Shown here: piece after piece, positions 25,109 through 39,150 of the stretch | Layout of the letters: each line of letters begins with the position of its first letter | Numbering within the stretch: position 1 is the first letter of the stretch | Assembly (NCBI RefSeq): GCF_023055435.1 | Contig: NW_025964001.1 | Location: forward strand, 34,534,001 to 34,598,000 | Length of the DNA: 64,000 nt | Source of the DNA: Haliotis rufescens | Taxonomy: Eukaryota | Direction of reading: 5' to 3' | Notes under the pieces: generated by a model | Databases searched by the model: none | Told to the model about the DNA's origin: nothing | Seen by the model: only the letters and a program-made list of their open reading frames with translations | Position numbers and translations under genes: made by a program

Positions 25109-27904
25109 CACTTTATCGTTTCATTCTATTATGACCTGTTCATCGTCGGCTGCGATATCAATATTCTCGTCGGGGCGTGTCTATATTTTAAAAATGAATC
25201 TTTATTATTTTCTAAAGAATGTTTGAGTTCATTGGTTTTTTTATTCATGAAGAGACTGGGTTTGTCGTTTCAGATATTTTTGATGATATCCTTAATATTT
25301 TAAATAGTCTATAAATACTTATATTTATAGTTTTTTAATGTGTATTTGTGGCGGCTGCTGATGCTGATGACAAAGATAATGATGATGATGATTATGAAAC
25401 TTTTTCATTTCTTTCTATGATGACTTATTTATAATTTATCTATTACAAAAAGAATGACCATCTGTCACAAGGAATCATTATGGTATTAGTTGATGTTAAA
25501 ACCTGACGATTTAAGACACCGAAATCTCACTCAACTCCAGGAAAGACCTATGATTTTGATAAGGTTGACGTTAAAACATGACTAATAGGAAACGATTCTA
25601 GACACCTAACATTCGACGCCAAGAAAGATCTATGAGACCTATGACTCACGGGAGACGATTCAAGACACCTCCACGCCAAGAAAGATCTAAATAGGAATTA
25701 TTTTATATGTATGTAAAAACCCTACACAGGCATAGTAAAGCCATGATCTCCAAATGTATGGCCATGTTTTATAGCACTTTGAATAATCCTTTTAAAGTCT
25801 TTTTTTAAGTTTAAACAATCCGGAAGACACATAAAAATCAACTAAGTAAATGTTAGATCTACGTAGGTCAACTGAAACTCTGCACGCGACAAAGTGTAAT
25901 TTTGCTTGACCTTTACTTTGGAGAAACACAGCAAAGCATTTCTTTATACTTGGTAACAGTATTTGGAGTGGTTTACAGCATTTACTCATGATAAAAGAAA
26001 TCGTGATAAAACGCGATGGATATTCGAACGGGATGGCATTAGTGCTCTTAATATTGATTGCCACCCACACTAAGCATTATGCAACCACACTGGAACAATG
26101 CGACAAACATCAAAAGAAAAATAGCTACCATTCATACATATTCATAACAGTAATCCATTCCCGGGATGAAGTTCCATCCAAATATTCCTTAAATGTATAT
26201 ATGTGCAACGTATAGGTAACAGGATGCATTGAAAATAGCCTCTATTTTTGCGTCTCTCCTGGTAACGAACGTATATGTAACGTTTTAGGTTAGGTGAGGT
26301 GAAATTGGGTTTAACGTCTCGTTGTAACGTTTCAACAGATATAGAACGTTTAATAGATAAGCATGCCCACTGGGCCATTTGTGGCTCAAACTGGATTAAT
26401 ATGAAGATAATTTTGATTGCTTACAACTTTCAGATGATTAATCACTTTTTCACATTCTCCAAATTTCTCAAATATCTTCGGACGTAAGTTTATCTTTCAA
26501 GATTTAATTGGTCTTTAAAAGTCAAATAATCCCAAATTTTATTTTTAATGCTTGATACTCATATTCTTATCAACCTGACCTTTAATTGGCGTGTGTGTGA
26601 TCTGTTGGGGAACGATAACAAATCATATCCTATTTGAATACTCAGCATGTTGTGAAAAAGCGAGATGCAATGATGGGAAATGTTGTTTGTTTATTTGAGC
26701 TAATTGTTTGCTGAAATATAAGGAGAGTCTCAAGGGGCCAGACATCATTCTTGTAGCGCTAATTGCTTCGTTTTCCTCGTTTAGTTCATAGGAGGCTGTA
26801 CGTTATGGTGGTTCGGGTGTGTTTTCTAATTATAGGAATATTGGCCTTGAAGAACCGTTATCTGCATAATACATTCAACACTAACCGTATATATATAGTT
26901 TTTTTTGTTTTCTTTTATTGGGGTGTGTGTTGGGAGGGGGCGCAGACAGTTATCTTGGGGGTTTGTTAGAGCGTCACATTTCAGTTAAACCAAGCCAATT
27001 TTCAGTTTTCACTGGGAGCACAGGGAGAGCCACAAGTCAAGTTCATTGTTAACCCTATTTTGCGAACACCCGTTGTCATCGGTGATTTTCAGTGATTCAT
27101 TCATATAATGCTCCTATTTTGCCTTTTTCGACCAATGGAATCTGTTCGACGGATAATCGAGGTTGCTCTCTGGCGTTGACGCTTTATTTTATATTGAGGT
27201 AAACGACTATCGATGTACTGATGTGATTTTTAAACAGATTTTACTTGATTTAATGGCAACAAATAGTGAGTATACTCATTTATCATCCTCATATATGATA
27301 TCTGGCAACTTATTATGTAGTATACGAAATGGAAAAAATAAGCAGGTGTTGGCTAGTAACAGTAGGGGGAGTGCGCTTACGCCTTGAAGGTCTAAAGTTT
27401 CGCTGAAAACGTATGATGCATGGATCAGTACCGTGCCACTGTTTGAGCGTTTCAGTATTGCCTCAGCAAGTTCTTCAATTTACCTGATTTGATATTTAAT
27501 AAACTATCTTAAAATAAACAACTCCCATGAAGAATGTTTGCTGGCTGCAATACATCAAAGACTAATTACGGATAACATTGCATCTCCACAAAATATCTTA
27601 AATGAAATGTGATGGCTGCGGAGTGACCTTGCGCAAAGTCTTCCCGATGCCATAATGTAGAATGACAAAATAATTGGACTTGTGAAGTCGAATAAATGTC
27701 CTAATAGATACAGTCAACATAGGTGGGGTTTCAGGCAGGATATGACTGACCGTTGTGAACTATATACAAAGAGTGTGGTGGAACCTACTCCTGTGTCACG
27801 TGTCACAAATCAGGCGGAGAGTAGTTGGATGGGTGACCGTTTGACACCTGAGACTTTCTAGGGCTTAGGTCCTGTTCAACTCCGAAGCACATGGTACATG
27901 TGGT

Positions 27905-28095
27905 GATTCCTTAGGCAAGTGAGTTTGTTTGAAATGTGCTTTGGTTCACCCAGCGGTGAATGGGTACCCAGTGGGATGGGATGGACATGTAACTGTTAAC
28001 CTTCTAGCGCCTAAAGGCAGCATGGTGTTGAATATCTTTAGGAGAAGGGCTGTGTTCCAGGCGGCAATACCCGAGTATGATCATATAAGTAAGTG
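27905..28095 (+). mobile_element. CORE-like SINE fragment
   Basis: CCTTAGGCAAGTG...TTCACCCAGCGGTGAATGGGTACC, homologous to 37990-38130 (minus). Confidence 0.55.
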
Positions 28096-28886
28096 CAGTC
28101 AGGTCACTAGTTACGATTCTCATTGATCATGCTGGCTACAAGTATTTGTGAATAATTGAATAATCCCCTCATTAAAATAAAGTCACGAGTTCTTCTTATG
28201 AAGAGTCTGTTGAACTCCAGACCGCACTCAAACCGAAGTACGGCAAACCATGAATTGACTTAGAATTTAGAATGATTCTGAAATCAACTTCTTTAAATCT
28301 ATACTTTAGTTCGCCCTGTCACGTTCAAACGGTATTATCGATTACGGTACCTAAATTTTAGTACAGTCCAAGCAATCCTACCTTTCTACATAAACCCTAA
28401 TGAACTCGTACAGATTGATATCAAGCTGTCAAATCAATTCTTCAACAGAAACACAGAAATGCATCATAAATTAGGCGCACATGTCGTCTTATGCCACGTC
28501 AAAGATTCTTGTTCATCATTCCCGATCGCTACGGACACTAAAGTTTTCGTTATTTATTTCAGTACTAATTCGGTTCCGGGCCACACTTTTAGAATTGTTT
28601 GCAATTCCGAAGTTCCACTTTTTGATGTGACCCGTCCTTTTGAACAGCAATAGTGGGCGATATGCAATGCTATGTCGAGATCCATGGGAAGGCGTTTTAG
28701 TATAATTTTAGTGTTGGACAGCCTTATTAAAAATCGGCTTTAAACCCAATGTTTTTTTAAAATTTGACTAGAAACAAGAAATTGTTTTTTTTATAGGTCC
28801 TCACTCATCCGAGAAATACTGGCGTGACCAAACACTTCATGACTTCATTTTATTACTACGACAGGTAAAATAATTCGACGCTTACG

Positions 28887-29240
28887 AGTCATCATTTAGT
28901 TTATGTATGAAATGTAACCGCTATGAAATAGAAAATGAATACAATTTTTTGTTAATTTGTCCTTTTTATAAAAGTACTAGAGAAAATTTAATTCCAAAAT
29001 GTTACCATGTGCAACCATTTCTCCCAAAATGTATCAGTCTTCTATCTACCAGAAATGATTCTATTATTAAAAACCTGTCTATATATTTAAAAAGACATTT
29101 ACCTATGTAAATACAAATGTCAAAAAAGATAAACGTTGTATAATATGTGCATGTGCATAGTATATATTATTCCTGTAAATGAACTCTGGGCAATGTGGCC
29201 TTCATTCATGAATAAACTTCTTTTTCTTCTTCTTCTTCTT
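28887..29240 (+). mobile_element. 5'-truncated LINE 3' end (L2/CR1-group-like C-terminal IENEYNFLLICPFY..R), (CTT)n tail
   Basis: Perfect 17-bp TSD ATAATTCGACGCTTACG at 28870-28886 and 29241-29257. AATAAA precedes the tail. Confidence 0.85.
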
Positions 29241-30699
29241 ATAATTCGACGCTTACGTTATTTTTAAATGAACAAATTTCCAGGAACGTAGTACAAGAAG
29301 GTTATTGGGCACAAATTCCAGGCATTCACAAGAATAGACACCCCACCATCACGCCTGTCTGGTGTCCTCACTTGAACCCTGACCCCTCCTCGTGTGGGGG
29401 CTATAAACCTATGATCTGGCCAGAAATTTGAAATAAATATTTAGCTCACGCGAGTCTTCCACAACTGATGGCAACATATTGCCTTGGCTTGCTTCGTGGA
29501 GGAAAACGAATCTCGTCTGGCGCTTTCATTGCCAAACAATCGCGTTGGCTTGTGTACAAGGCCAGATTGCCACTAAAAGAGCACTTTACACAGCATGCGA
29601 TCCATGTGTCTATTTTGTGTACGAACTAGTTCTAAATTATCCATTAAAAAAACCCGTATATTTATTAAACGGATATAATTATCTATTAGTGTTAAAGGAT
29701 AAGATTTATTAGGAGCGACGTTGTACTAAAGAAGTTTTTCATCCATATATCTTATCCTTACTAAGTACTCCAACTTCTAAATGTCTCTCAAAGAAGGATT
29801 TAATTATGACATCCTTCCGCACGCAGGAAGATATTCTGCCCTGGAAATGGTGATGCGTTCCACTTCAGCGGTTTGAACTTTTTTTAAGACGAGGCACCCA
29901 CTACTGATATTGCCTGTTGCTCATTTATAGGTCTAGATGTTGAAATACTTGCCTTGTGTGAAACTGAGACGTAGTCTCTATTTGAGATGAGGGCAATCAT
30001 TAATTGTTGGAGTACACTGTATTTATAAGTAATCAACTTAGCCGACAGACGTGTTTATACGGCTTTCATCAAACTTGATGAGACTGCCAATATGTCGGCT
30101 AGCCTTGTCAAATAAGACATTGGGTTGATGCCTCGGAAATGTTGCCCCTGACAAATCTGGAAACCATTTCCTACGACGCATTAATTCTGCTAGTGTTTCT
30201 TTTGAAATGGTATCCTTAGCTTTTTGCAAGTTTTTGTCATCCAAGTAAAAACAACCTAAACAGTTTTGGTCTCTTGGAGTATTTAAAACAGTGTCACCTG
30301 TTTCTGCGACAAATAGAATATATTATTTGAGTGGAGTCGACGGGACATGTGATTCTACAATTGCATTCAATTTACGTGATCGTTTGAAAAAATGATTCTT
30401 GATGATATAATGTCATTTTATTCTGAGGGTAAATCCGTTCAGATGCTGTATGGGATAGATTAACGGAAAATGCGTTTGCTCGTGACAATTAAAACACATC
30501 TGTGAAGTGAGTCTAATGTTTAATCGATCCATTATCTTTCATAAGACCCGTTCCAGTTACTAGTATTCATGCCAACATAAACATGCACCAACATAAACAT
30601 GCACCAACATTTCGATTAATGTACACTTGGAATTAACGGAACATTGTTCTATTTTGAAACTCAAGAGAATTATCTCTCTTGTCGCTTGACGACTTCAAC

Positions 30700-31158
30700 T
30701 CTCTGTTTTCAAACTTGGAATTGTACAGGTATTGCCACTGGTGTGTCTGTCCTATCTTAGATCGTTAGTTAGTGAACACAATATTGATATATGTGGCTTA
30801 AGTGAGCATTGGTTCTTTGATAAGGACCTGGGCCAACTTGCAGAAAGCGATCTTAGCGCTACGACTAGTGTAAGCCTATGTTAAAAAATGGGAGTTACGA
30901 TCATCTTAGCGCTAAGATCGCTTTGTGCAAGTGGGCCCTGGACTTTCTTGATTCTATCGACACAAAACATATTGCGTATGGTATTTGTGATGTTGACAAG
31001 ACACCCTTATCTAGGAAAGTAGGCAGGCAAAGGCGGCGTTGCCATACCTCAGCAACGAAGGTTTGATAACTTTGTTGATATTATTAACTTGACAGACGAT
31101 GGAGTTGTCGGAATTGGCTGGGGTTTGTTTAACAAGAAAAATCATCCAAGTGCATCTT

Positions 31159-31193
<35 letters not shown>

Positions 31194-33100
31194 AGTATTT
31201 TAAAAGGGGAACTGTAATTATTATGGGACATTATCAACAGCAGAATGTGTCAAGAAAGCAGATTTCTTTAAAGAGAACAGTCTACAGGCTATCACTCTCT
31301 TGCAGATATGAAAAGGATGCTATACTACACCGAAGATGGCCTAGAAACCTCATCTGAAACCATACTGTTCTCGGAACCAAAAAAGGTTCACAGTGACATG
31401 TTGAGTCAAGGACTACCAAGGGTCACCGGCAACCTTCTTATGTTACTTATGAAAAACTGAAGAGTATATTCTGATTATTGAGGAACATCGGTTAAGAACA
31501 CTTTATGAAACAGAACATTTGGCTGAAGTTGACACAATTGCCTTCTTGGGAATTATTAACTCCAATCGAAAATTCCCGACTCTCGGCGCTCGATCGTGTA
31601 TTTTATTCGTCCGTATACATATTTGATAGTGTACAACTCTGCATAATCAAAAGGTCATTGCCTCATCTTGGGAACTACGTTAGTGACCTGTACCAGTAGA
31701 TGGTGCATCCTTTAATTTTGAACACAAATGGTCTGTTGACAAGGAAGTATATAAGCTGCAGGGCCCTGAAACGTTTGCAACCAGAACTGTGAAAAAAATG
31801 AGGAATTGCTTGTAAATCTGTACAGCGTGGCATGGCTGCTGGAACTGACATGATCTCAAATGACCACATCATATATATTGGGCCTCAGCTCCTGGACCGG
31901 AGTATTTGACAGTTTGCTTAAATGCCTTGTGCATCTTTCGCACATATCAGCGTCGGTCTAAAGAGAGGTGGTATTGTGACCTTAAACAAAGGAAGTAACA
32001 AGCCCCGTACAAGTCTATGTAGTAACAGAGCCATCACGTTGCTGCCAGCAGTGTATAAGTTGTTTGAAAGGGCTTTGTTAAGTCTTCGCAAAAGGTTATA
32101 TCAACCTTCTCCCTTGCAGCATGGATTTAGAAAGGGTATTGACTCAAAAATGACGTCAGTTCTTGGTAAAAGTGTTTACTATGCACGTGAAAACAATAGC
32201 AAAAAAGATTTCTATGTGTTTTTATGCAGTGAAAGACATTTGATAGACATTCAGTACTCCTTTTTCAAATTAAGGTCCATTGGGATCCCTGTTCAGATCC
32301 TTAGAACTACATTGCCCATGTATTTTGACATGAACAGCTGTGTTTTGAACAAAGGCAATATGAGCAAATGGTTTCCAGTCTTTCAAGGAACAAGACAAGG
32401 TGGGGTTTTATAGCCATGGTTGTATCAAATCTACATTGATGGACTACCTCAAAGGCTTACTGAATGTCCTCATGATCTGAACCGCTCCACCCTGACACAA
32501 GCAAATGTCATCACCCTGTTATCTTTCACAGAGTCGGGTCTCCACCAGATGATGATAGTCTGTCATGAACGTAGTTGTACATGGCGTAACTTGTAAATTG
32601 TCTTTAACTGGACTACATCACAGATGTTAAATGTTCCCACTCATGGGTGCTTGATGATGTTTTAATCTCAGAGCTTGCAGGTCATGTTCGTCTAGGAATA
32701 AAGATCAGTTAAAACATGAACTGCAAACATCTTGTACAAGAAATATGTAGAAAACAAAAAGGTTCCTTCTTTGGATAAATAAACGGAGGTGTTCCCGATG
32801 GTGGTCTTCATCCATTGACTGGCCTCAAAGACTATTGTTCCTCCGAGATCGCTTCAGGGTCTGGAACACTCTACGACACGTCGACAACTCTCGACCTTCA
32901 ACTTGAAAGAGCCCGCAGATTCTGTGTTAAGTTGCCTGCAAGACTACCATCTTGGACGAGGACATAAATAGCACGTCACCTTATTGCTGTTCTTCCAATC
33001 ATGCATCAGAAAGATGAGTCTCTTTGGGAGGAATGTGAACTGCCCCAGCATATGCACAGATAAACAAGCCGAGTTTTTTTTTCATTGTTATGCTAGTTTC
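30700..33100 (+). pseudogene. decayed APE-type non-LTR retrotransposon ORF2 (endonuclease + RT)
   Basis: TWNCTG and NIDICGLSEHW (APE); RAITLLPAVYKLFE, QHGFRKG and QGTRQGGVL (RT); many stops and frameshifts. Ends are approximate. Confidence 0.85.
30831..30937. mobile_element. 107-bp CWG-TSD MITE inserted in the LINE endonuclease
   Basis: GGCC...GGCC ends with CTG on both sides. Excision restores the DKDL|DFLDS frame. Confidence 0.9.
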
Positions 33101-33480
33101 ATGTACAACATGGGTTATTCTGAATTCCTCCCTAAGTCAGACGCATTTGTGATGAGTACAACTTTGATGCTCTTATTAACTCTGCTAATGATGGCGCCTA
33201 CTCCTCGAACCAATCAGGGAGGCACTCAGGTCAAACAGCAATCAATGCAGTTGAAAACACCAAACTAGCAAACAGACCTAATTCTTATTCTGAACGCCTA
33301 ATGTTCTCCAAGCTGCACAATAGCTACTTGCCAGACCGCCTGTGGAAATTCGGCCAAAGTGGCTCAAAGCGCAGTCTTCTCTACAGAAGGAGATTCATCT
33401 CATCACTAGATCTGTCCGGGAAGAGACCTGCTCTCACTATCACATTCTCACGAGAAATACTGTCCATATCTCCGCCTGAT

Positions 33481-33756
33481 GTTTTGTTTTGTTTTGTTTG
33501 TTTGTTGTTTAACGCCGCACTCAGCAATGTTCCTGCTATATGACGGCGGTCTGTAAATAATCAAGTTTGGACCAGACAATCCAGTGATTGACATCATGAG
33601 CATCGATCCACGCAATTTGGAAACGATGACATGCATCAACACAGTCAGCGAGCCTGACCACCCGATCCCGTTAGTCGCCTCTCACGACAAGCATTGACGC
33701 CTGTTACGGCAAGCATGGTTGCTGAAGGCTTATTCTGACCCGTATCTTCACGGGTC
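33481..33756 (-). mobile_element. family B retroposon, full length
   Basis: Starts GACCCGTGAAGAT, with (C)TGATGT on both flanks. Confidence 0.92.
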
Positions 33757-34957
33757 TGATGTGCATGTGTCAACTTCTTGTCAAAAGATGTTGCACAAGC
33801 TGTTGGACACGTTTGATGTGGATAATTAAGTTATGCTAGTAACATGGATCCCGAGGATCAGGCTGCGTGCTTAGTCTGTGGTCACTAGTTGGAACTTGAC
33901 CACACATCACAGGATTTGATTGTTGAGAACTTTTTTTTTATATACATGTAACTTCTAAAACTGATATGTAATACTTCTAAATTAAATGACATTGTTCATT
34001 TTCAGTGATAAAACTAAAATGTTTTAAAAATGGACATGAAGGATAATGAAAATAATTGTAGGCTTATGTTGTTCTATCCATGCTAAGTCCAAAGGTTTTG
34101 CATGTCTACTACATTGTCCATTTTTGTCAATGGGTTCACCCTGCACCCATATATAATGACACACTGTCTGAGTGACTGAGGGAGGGAAAGAGAAGGAGGA
34201 TTACACAACACGTTTAGCAATAGTTTGGCAATATCACGGCGGAGATACACCAACGATTCCAGGTCTTCGGTTAAGGAGAGTATAGGGTAACTTTGGGTTC
34301 GTGAACATTCAACCATTGTGATGACGTTTTTATTTTGTTGCAGTTGATTCTTTGCCAAGAATTCACCGGCCATTCTTAACGTGCACTTTAAACAAGTAAC
34401 TTTAACGCAACTAAAGGTCATTATGTAAAATTTTAAAGAAAGTTTATACCAACCACGTTATTGTTTCAAGTCGGAGAAATCACTCGTATCTCTTGATTCC
34501 AGATTTTTACATTACAGAATGGACGATCCCGGCAGTGGCATTGTTATTCTGTTTCACAAGCCGACACAAAAAAACACATTGCTACTTCAAAACACATCCC
34601 TACTTTCTCAAACTTAAAATACTTTTAGACAAAACATTCTTTTGTGGAATTTTTTTTAAAAATAAACCGGAACTCTTTGTTGCCTGTATTTATACTGTGT
34701 GAGTCGTCTTTGTGTGTGATGCACGTGGAATATATTCCCTGCAGCTCCCGCACGTGCACCAAGCTCCGTCGCAAGTTGATCTTTACAATGCATGATACAA
34801 GGCGCTTTCGAAAAGGCTGTATTAAAACGATTATTTTATTAACGGCTTGCACGTTTTGAAAAGATTCAAATGGTGATAACAGGAAATTTAGAGCCCTGAA
34901 CGAGGACATTTATGTTTATCTGTTGCTTGGTTTTTCTGATCAAGGGTTTTTAATAGA

Positions 34958-34988
<31 letters not shown>

Positions 34989-36296
34989 ATTATTATTTAC
35001 AGATTAAAATACAAAATGCAACAAAGAGAGTTTGGGTGATCCTGACACAGCCAGGCTGGTTAGGCTCATCATCAGCTCAGGGCCCTTGCCCCCTCTACAC
35101 GCAGCCCAGAAAGTGAATGGGACTTCTCCCAGGAAGCGCTGCCTTGTCAAACCCACCCAGAACTTTTCGGATGTGAAGACTCCCCCAAACTGCAGCCTGG
35201 TAGCAAACCCTGGTACTCTCCAAATGTTAGTCAATTGATTGGGAGGTACCAAACCTAAGGCACCGAGAACAATGGGGAGTCGGACAACTTGGTACTTGGG
35301 ATGCAAGCGTGACATTTCAAAAGCGAGGTCCGTATATTTGCCATGTTTTTCCCCAATCTTGTCAATCACATTAGTGTCAAAGGGGACAGAAAATTCAATC
35401 ATATAAATAATTTGATTTATCAAAAAGGAAAAGATCAGGTTTGTTGGCCTGGATACGTCTGAAGCTGTAAATGGGCCTATTCCAAAGAATTTTGCTTTTA
35501 TCATTTTCCATGACGCCCTCTACATATTCCGGGTCGTACCGTGGGTGGACCTCTGTGTCAAAACCACAAGCATGGCGAAGACGGTAATAAAATGATCGAG
35601 CCACCCCATCATGTCGCTTAAGATACTGTGCCAACGCTGGGCATCCATTGACAATGTGTTGGACAGTCTCATTCAATTCATTACATAATCTACATTTCAT
35701 ATTTACATTTTGGTGCAAAATCACACAATGACGGTTTCGAGTGGGAAGTGACTGGTCATGAGCAGTAAACAGAAAGCTTTCTGTTTCAGTTTTCAGGCCT
35801 GACGACTTCATCCAAGCGAAGGACTCTGCAGGATTGCTGATCTTCTCAACAAACTGCACATAAACTCGCTTGATATGGCACTTCGCTTGGTTGACACTCA
35901 TTTCTGTACCGTCCAGCAGTACAGAACCATCAACAAAATCAACACTGACATTGAGATTATGTCCCACATCCTTGGCCCGTTTTAGAACACTGTGGAATGC
36001 CTTGTATTCATCATGAGTCTTGACGTGGTTCACAAGAGGATCATCAGACAAATAAACGTGTTCAAAAGTGCACAAAACAATTCTATCACGAAGAGCCCCA
36101 TTTCTTGTTTCATCCAATCAACAACACCAAAAGAATACGAAAGGACGGGCACAGCATAAGTATTTGTGGCTTTGACTTTGTTGCGAGCCTTCAGCAATGA
36201 ACTCCAGATTGTCTTAAGTCTGCATTTGTGCTGTGTCCGACGTTTTTCCTTGATATGGGCATTCTGGATTTTTTCCCTAATCTGCATCCCTAAGTA

Positions 36297-37700
36297 TACT
36301 GAACCAAATTAAAAACTTCACAATCCTAAAATTTTAACATTTTGACCAGTTATCATTGTGGGCCCTTATTGTGTATTTAAACAGTAATGGCCACGTATTG
36401 TCTTCAGATAACACCCGTTTTTGTGCAGGTGAATCGATCAAAATCATGTGCACAGCACTATAGTGGCAAAAGTGGTTTTTCACGTGCAACTGGTCACGTG
36501 GCCATAATACCGCACGTGTTTTCAGCCATACTTGTTGGCAGTCATTAACAAAAAGAGAAAAACACAAGAAAACAAAAGTCTTTACGGCCATTTGTCATGC
36601 CACGCCTTTCAAATGTGCAACGTGAAGGTGCCATCGGCAAGTTGCAGACGGGAACGTCCGTAGCTGAAGTCACAAGGTCGATGGGTTGTAGTCGACGGAA
36701 TGTTTATGATTTACAGACGCGTCTACAGCAAAATGTACTGTTTAGGGGTAGACTGAGTGCGCAAACTGTTCGAAACCGTCTGGGAACTGCTCATCTTCAA
36801 GCACGACGGTCATACTGCGGGCCGATTCTGACTCAATTACACAGACGTCAACGTCAGTTGTGGGCACAGCGACGCTTACGATGGACTCAGAGGAATTGGA
36901 ATCAAGTCGTCTTCAGTGATGAATCCCGATTTAATCTTCGATTTGCTGATGGTAGGGTGAGGGTGTGGAGGCGCCTTCATGAACGTTACGCCCAGTGTTG
37001 TGTACAGGAAGTTGACAGATTTCGAGGCGGAAGTGTCATGGTGTGGGGTGCTTTCTGTGGCAATGCACGTTCCAGGCTTCTTGTCATCCGTGGCAACCTC
37101 AACCCCGCGACCAGGTACTGGCACCAGAACTTCTGCCTTTTATGGCAGCACATGGACCCGGTTTGATCTTCCAACACGACAATGCCAGACCCCACACAGC
37201 AATTTTGACAAGGAATTTCCTTCAGAATGCGGGAGTCAACGTCATGGACTGGCCGTCAAAGTCTCCCGACCTCAATCCCATCGAACACGTCTGGGATGCT
37301 CTTGGCAGAAGTCTGCGCACTCTCCAGAACCAACCACAGAATTTGCAAGATCTTGGCACCATTTTGCAGCAACAATGGCGTCGTTTTCCCAATCATGTGT
37401 TCACAAGCATGACAAGGTCAACGCGGAGGCGTTGTGTGGAAGTTGTTAACGCACATGGTGGCCATACACGCTACTGAACTTGTGTGCCATCAGATTCTCG
37501 TGCTTTGGACTTATGATTTAAACTGTTGATGTTATTACCGAATACCGTAGGTGCTTGGAACAAATTATGGTTACCACCGTTAATTAAAATGCTTCTTTGG
37601 ACATTAATGATTAAAAATTACCTTCTCTGATACATTTGTCCGTTGTATATCATATATGGGATTACTTTTAAAAATGTGAAGTTTTAAATTTGACTTTGTA
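36297..37700 (+). mobile_element. Tc1/mariner DNA transposon (DD34E)
   Basis: Imperfect 26-bp TIRs TACTGAACCAAATTAAAAACTTCACA / TGTGAAGTTTTAAATTTGACTTTGTA, with TA TSDs at 36295 and 37701. Confidence 0.95.
36597..37477 (+). pseudogene. Tc1-family transposase, frameshifted and internally deleted
   Basis: N-terminal HTH, FSDES, GSVMVWG, QHDNA-34aa-E (WPSKSPDLNPIEH) and GGHTRY end. Frameshift near 37105. Confidence 0.95.
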
Positions 37701-37951
37701 TACGTATAGGCCTTAACTTCCACTAGATGTCAATAACTCCTCCTCCAAGTAAACTGACTGATCCTCCCTCTACTTCCTTGCCACGTTTCAGACGAAGACG
37801 TTGCATTTGTTGAGTCCAAAGGACATGCCGATATCATTAGAAAAGGACTCGGCAAGCAGAATCTGTTGGCAATAAGTTCAAGGTCACCCATGTAAAGGAG
37901 GTGAGTAAGGGGTGTTGGGGATCTGTGCTGAGGAGGTCCAGGATGACCAGG

Positions 37952-37985
<34 letters not shown>

Positions 37986-37989
37986 GTGT

Positions 37990-38130
37990 ATGTGTTAGGC
38001 GCTGTTTTCAAAGCCACCATGTGGTTGCTAAAGCGCACTTAATTAGGTGTGCACTCATCCAACCGGGTACCCACTCATTGCTGGGTAAACAGAGGCACAT
38101 TTCGAACTAAGTCACTTGCCCGAGGTCGTT
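37990..38130 (-). mobile_element. CORE-like SINE fragment
   Basis: Reverse complement GGGCAAGTGACTTAG...TTTACCCAGCAATGAGTGGGTACC. Confidence 0.55.
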
Positions 38131-38253
38131 AGGTGTACATCGTAACACAGCATTATACATATTATTTTCTGAGCTTTAAGGCCGCCTCCGTGGTCTTGTA
38201 GTGGATAGTGCGTCTGGATGAGGTGTTAAAGATGTTCCGAGACGGGTGGATAA

Positions 38254-38493
38254 TGTTTGTTTGTTGTTTAACGCCGCACTCAGTAATATTCCAGCTATAT
38301 GATGTCGGTCTGTACATAATCGAGTCTGGACCAGACAATTCAGTGATTAATATCATGAGCATCGATCCATGCAATTGGGATCGATGACATGCATCAAACA
38401 AGTCAGCGAACCTGACCACCCGATCCCGTTTGTCGCCTTTCACGGCAAGCATGGGTTGCTGAAAACCTATTCTACCCAGGATCTTCACGGGTC
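38254..38493 (-). mobile_element. family B retroposon (single-hairpin head variant)
   Basis: Starts GACCCGTGAAGATCC and has the (CAAA)n tail. Confidence 0.92.
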
Positions 38494-38521
38494 CAAAAAT
38501 GTAAGTGCATGATGCGGACAC

Positions 38522-38905
38522 AATTTAAACATTCAGAATTGAAACAGGTTTAGTGTTTAAACATGTTTAGAATATTAACACGTTTAGAATTTTAAAACGT
38601 TTAAACATGTTCAGAGATTAAACATGTTTAGAATTTAGATAGGTTTAAGTATGGACAAGATATGGATAAGATGCATAATATATATAGAAAATAGATGTGC
38701 AAATCAGATCCACATGCACTTACATAACGCACATACCACTAATGATATGCACTTTATGTAAACATGTTTAGATGATTAGGATAATACGCGATAATATACA
38801 TTTTGTCGTAAACATGTTTAAACATGTCTAAACTTTAAACATGTCTTAACTCTAAACGTGTTTAACGTGTTTAAGTTCTAAACATGTTTAAACTCTGAAT
38901 TTCTA
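38522..38905. repeat. foldback-like AT-rich element with repeated AAACATGTYY decamers
   Basis: Roughly inverted arms (ATTCAGA / TCTGAAT) made of AAACATGTTT-like units. Confidence 0.7.
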
Positions 38906-39035
38906 ATTTCAATATGTATTATTAATATACATATTCGTCTAAGACCTGCATCACTTCAGGCTTTCCTCCCAAATTGATATCGTGACGGGAAATACTGTCC
39001 AAAGAGACGACATTAACACATTTCATTAACTTTGT

Positions 39036-39150
39036 TTACGTCGCTTTAAGCAATATTCTAGCAATATGACAGCGAAAGACACCATGAAATGGCTTCACAG
39101 ATTGTGACCAGATGGGAAATTTAATCCTGGCTTACGGCGTGGCAAACCAA
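39036..39150 (-). mobile_element. family A SINE tail, body and B box, contiguous with the 57-bp array
   Basis: TTTACGTCGCTTTAAGCAATATT...GGCTTCACA...GGGAAATTTAATCC. Confidence 0.75.

Larger units (their letters stand above)
34998..37951 (-). mobile_element. 5'-truncated RLE-type non-LTR retrotransposon (R4/Dong-like), interrupted by Tc1
   Basis: RT HLLYMGDL and YTYLG (split by Tc1), CCHC finger CRLC..ETVQHIVNGC, RHD motif, and PD..E endonuclease KPDL..IEFSVP..KY. (TAA)n lies on both flanks. Confidence 0.92.

Noticed and set aside
24855-25226. Poly-Asp ORF suggesting an acidic shell protein
   Set aside because: A (GAT)n microsatellite inside an AT-rich local duplication. The second copy has a short tract, and there is no exon support.
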